From positions 1 through 35,195 of the forward strand of contig JAUMBM010000270.1 of NCBI GenBank assembly GCA_032115735.1: a stretch of DNA of 35,195 bases. Reading direction: 5' to 3'. The translations under genes were made by a program, and so were the position numbers. This stretch comes from Saprospiraceae bacterium (GTDB lineage Bacteria; Bacteroidota; Bacteroidia; Chitinophagales; Saprospiraceae). Shown piece by piece: positions 34,678 to 35,195 of the stretch (position 1 is its first letter; the number at the start of each line of letters is the position of its first letter). The notes beneath the pieces are model-generated. The model worked only from the letters and a program-made list of their open reading frames with translations. It did no database searches and was not told the origin of the DNA.

Positions 34678-35195
34678 ATGCAGTCTTACAGCAACGAAGA
34701 AATCGTCAAAGCGCTCCGCAACTGGCAGGTTCTCCTGCATGATTATGCACGCGCCGATAAGACGAAAGCACTCATCCAGATGGCGACGACTTTCCTTCCT
34801 TTTCTGGCATTATGGGTTCTTATGTACTTCAGTCTTTCATGGTCCTATTGGATTACCTTGGGACTGGGAATCCTCAATGCCTTTTTTTTAGTAAGGATTT
34901 TCATCATTCAACACGATTGTGGCCATAAGTCTTTTTTCCCTTCCCAGCTTTGGAACAAGGTTGTGGGTTTTACCTGTAGTTTCTTTAGTACCATTCCGTA
35001 TGACTATTGGTCGCGGCAGCACAGTTTTCATCACGGCCACAATGGTGAGCTAGAGGTACGCGATATTGGCGATATTCAACTGATGACGGAAGATGAATTC
35101 CGGCAAGCTTCCCGTTGGCAACGCCTCTGGTATCGGGTCTACCGCATGCCTTTAGTCACCTTTATCATTGGTCCTCTGGTATATCTGGGTGTCAA
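34678..35195 (+). CDS. membrane fatty-acid desaturase family protein (3'-truncated by window edge)
   Basis: ATG 34678 opens a frame that runs to the window end (MQSYSNEEIVKALRNW...). It has hydrophobic segments and histidine boxes HDCGH and HSFHHGH. It is not in the ORF track because it has no stop in the window. Confidence 0.8.
   Translation, partial: MQSYSNEEIVKALRNWQVLLHDYARADKTKALIQMATTFLPFLALWVLMYFSLSWSYWITLGLGILNAFFLVRIFIIQHDCGHKSFFPSQLWNKVVGFTCSFFSTIPYDYWSRQHSFHHGHNGELEVRDIGDIQLMTEDEFRQASRWQRLWYRVYRMPLVTFIIGPLVYLGV

Noticed and set aside
1-35195. Scan for CRISPR repeats, tRNA/rRNA genes, IS elements/transposases, integrases, prophage or defence-island signatures.
   Set aside because: No spaced direct repeats, cloverleaf-like intergenic segments or mobility genes were seen. 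Every intergenic gap over 100 bp was read on both strands and is accounted for by promoters, terminators, the riboswitch or the structured acpP-fabF spacer.

Overview
This 35.2-kb chromosomal segment looks like Bacteroidota. The evidence is a SusC/SusD pair, a DUF4292/LolB-like lipoprotein, recurrent TAnnTTTG -7 promoter boxes, no Shine-Dalgarno sequences, and roughly 50% GC by eye. I call 26 protein-coding genes, two of them cut by the window edges. Almost all are core housekeeping:
- acpP-fabF-rnc and pyk
- a translationally coupled TPR / DUF4292 / EnvC-like envelope operon
- hflX and an M29 aminopeptidase
- a di-haem cytochrome c peroxidase and ahcY
- a CcoI-type P-type ATPase divergent from hemN
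- lspA overlapping a serine hydrolase
- a TPP-riboswitch-controlled TonB-dependent receptor
- an isolated SusC/SusD pair and a monofunctional ribA
- an ECF sigma factor next to a CrtI/CrtD-like desaturase
- an AGCS symporter, RlpA-SPOR and a fatty-acid desaturase

I found no tRNA/rRNA, CRISPR array, transposase, integrase, toxin-antitoxin or recognisable defence genes. I cannot point to a convincing multi-gene novel system.

The least-explained element is a stand-alone, AT-richer orphan gene (11158-11952). By-eye motifs match a KapD/ERI-1-type DEDDh exonuclease fold with two of five catalytic residues replaced. It has its own promoter box and is followed by an unusually long 27-bp perfect hairpin.

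Other items worth checking:
- a TPP riboswitch with an extra junction hairpin
- the degenerate LytM domain in the TPR/LolB-like operon
- a CRP/FNR-type site between ccoI and hemN
- a 17-bp perfect palindrome in front of ribA
- a 306-bp structured acpP-fabF spacer

All family assignments come from reading the translated ORFs and motifs. No searches were run.
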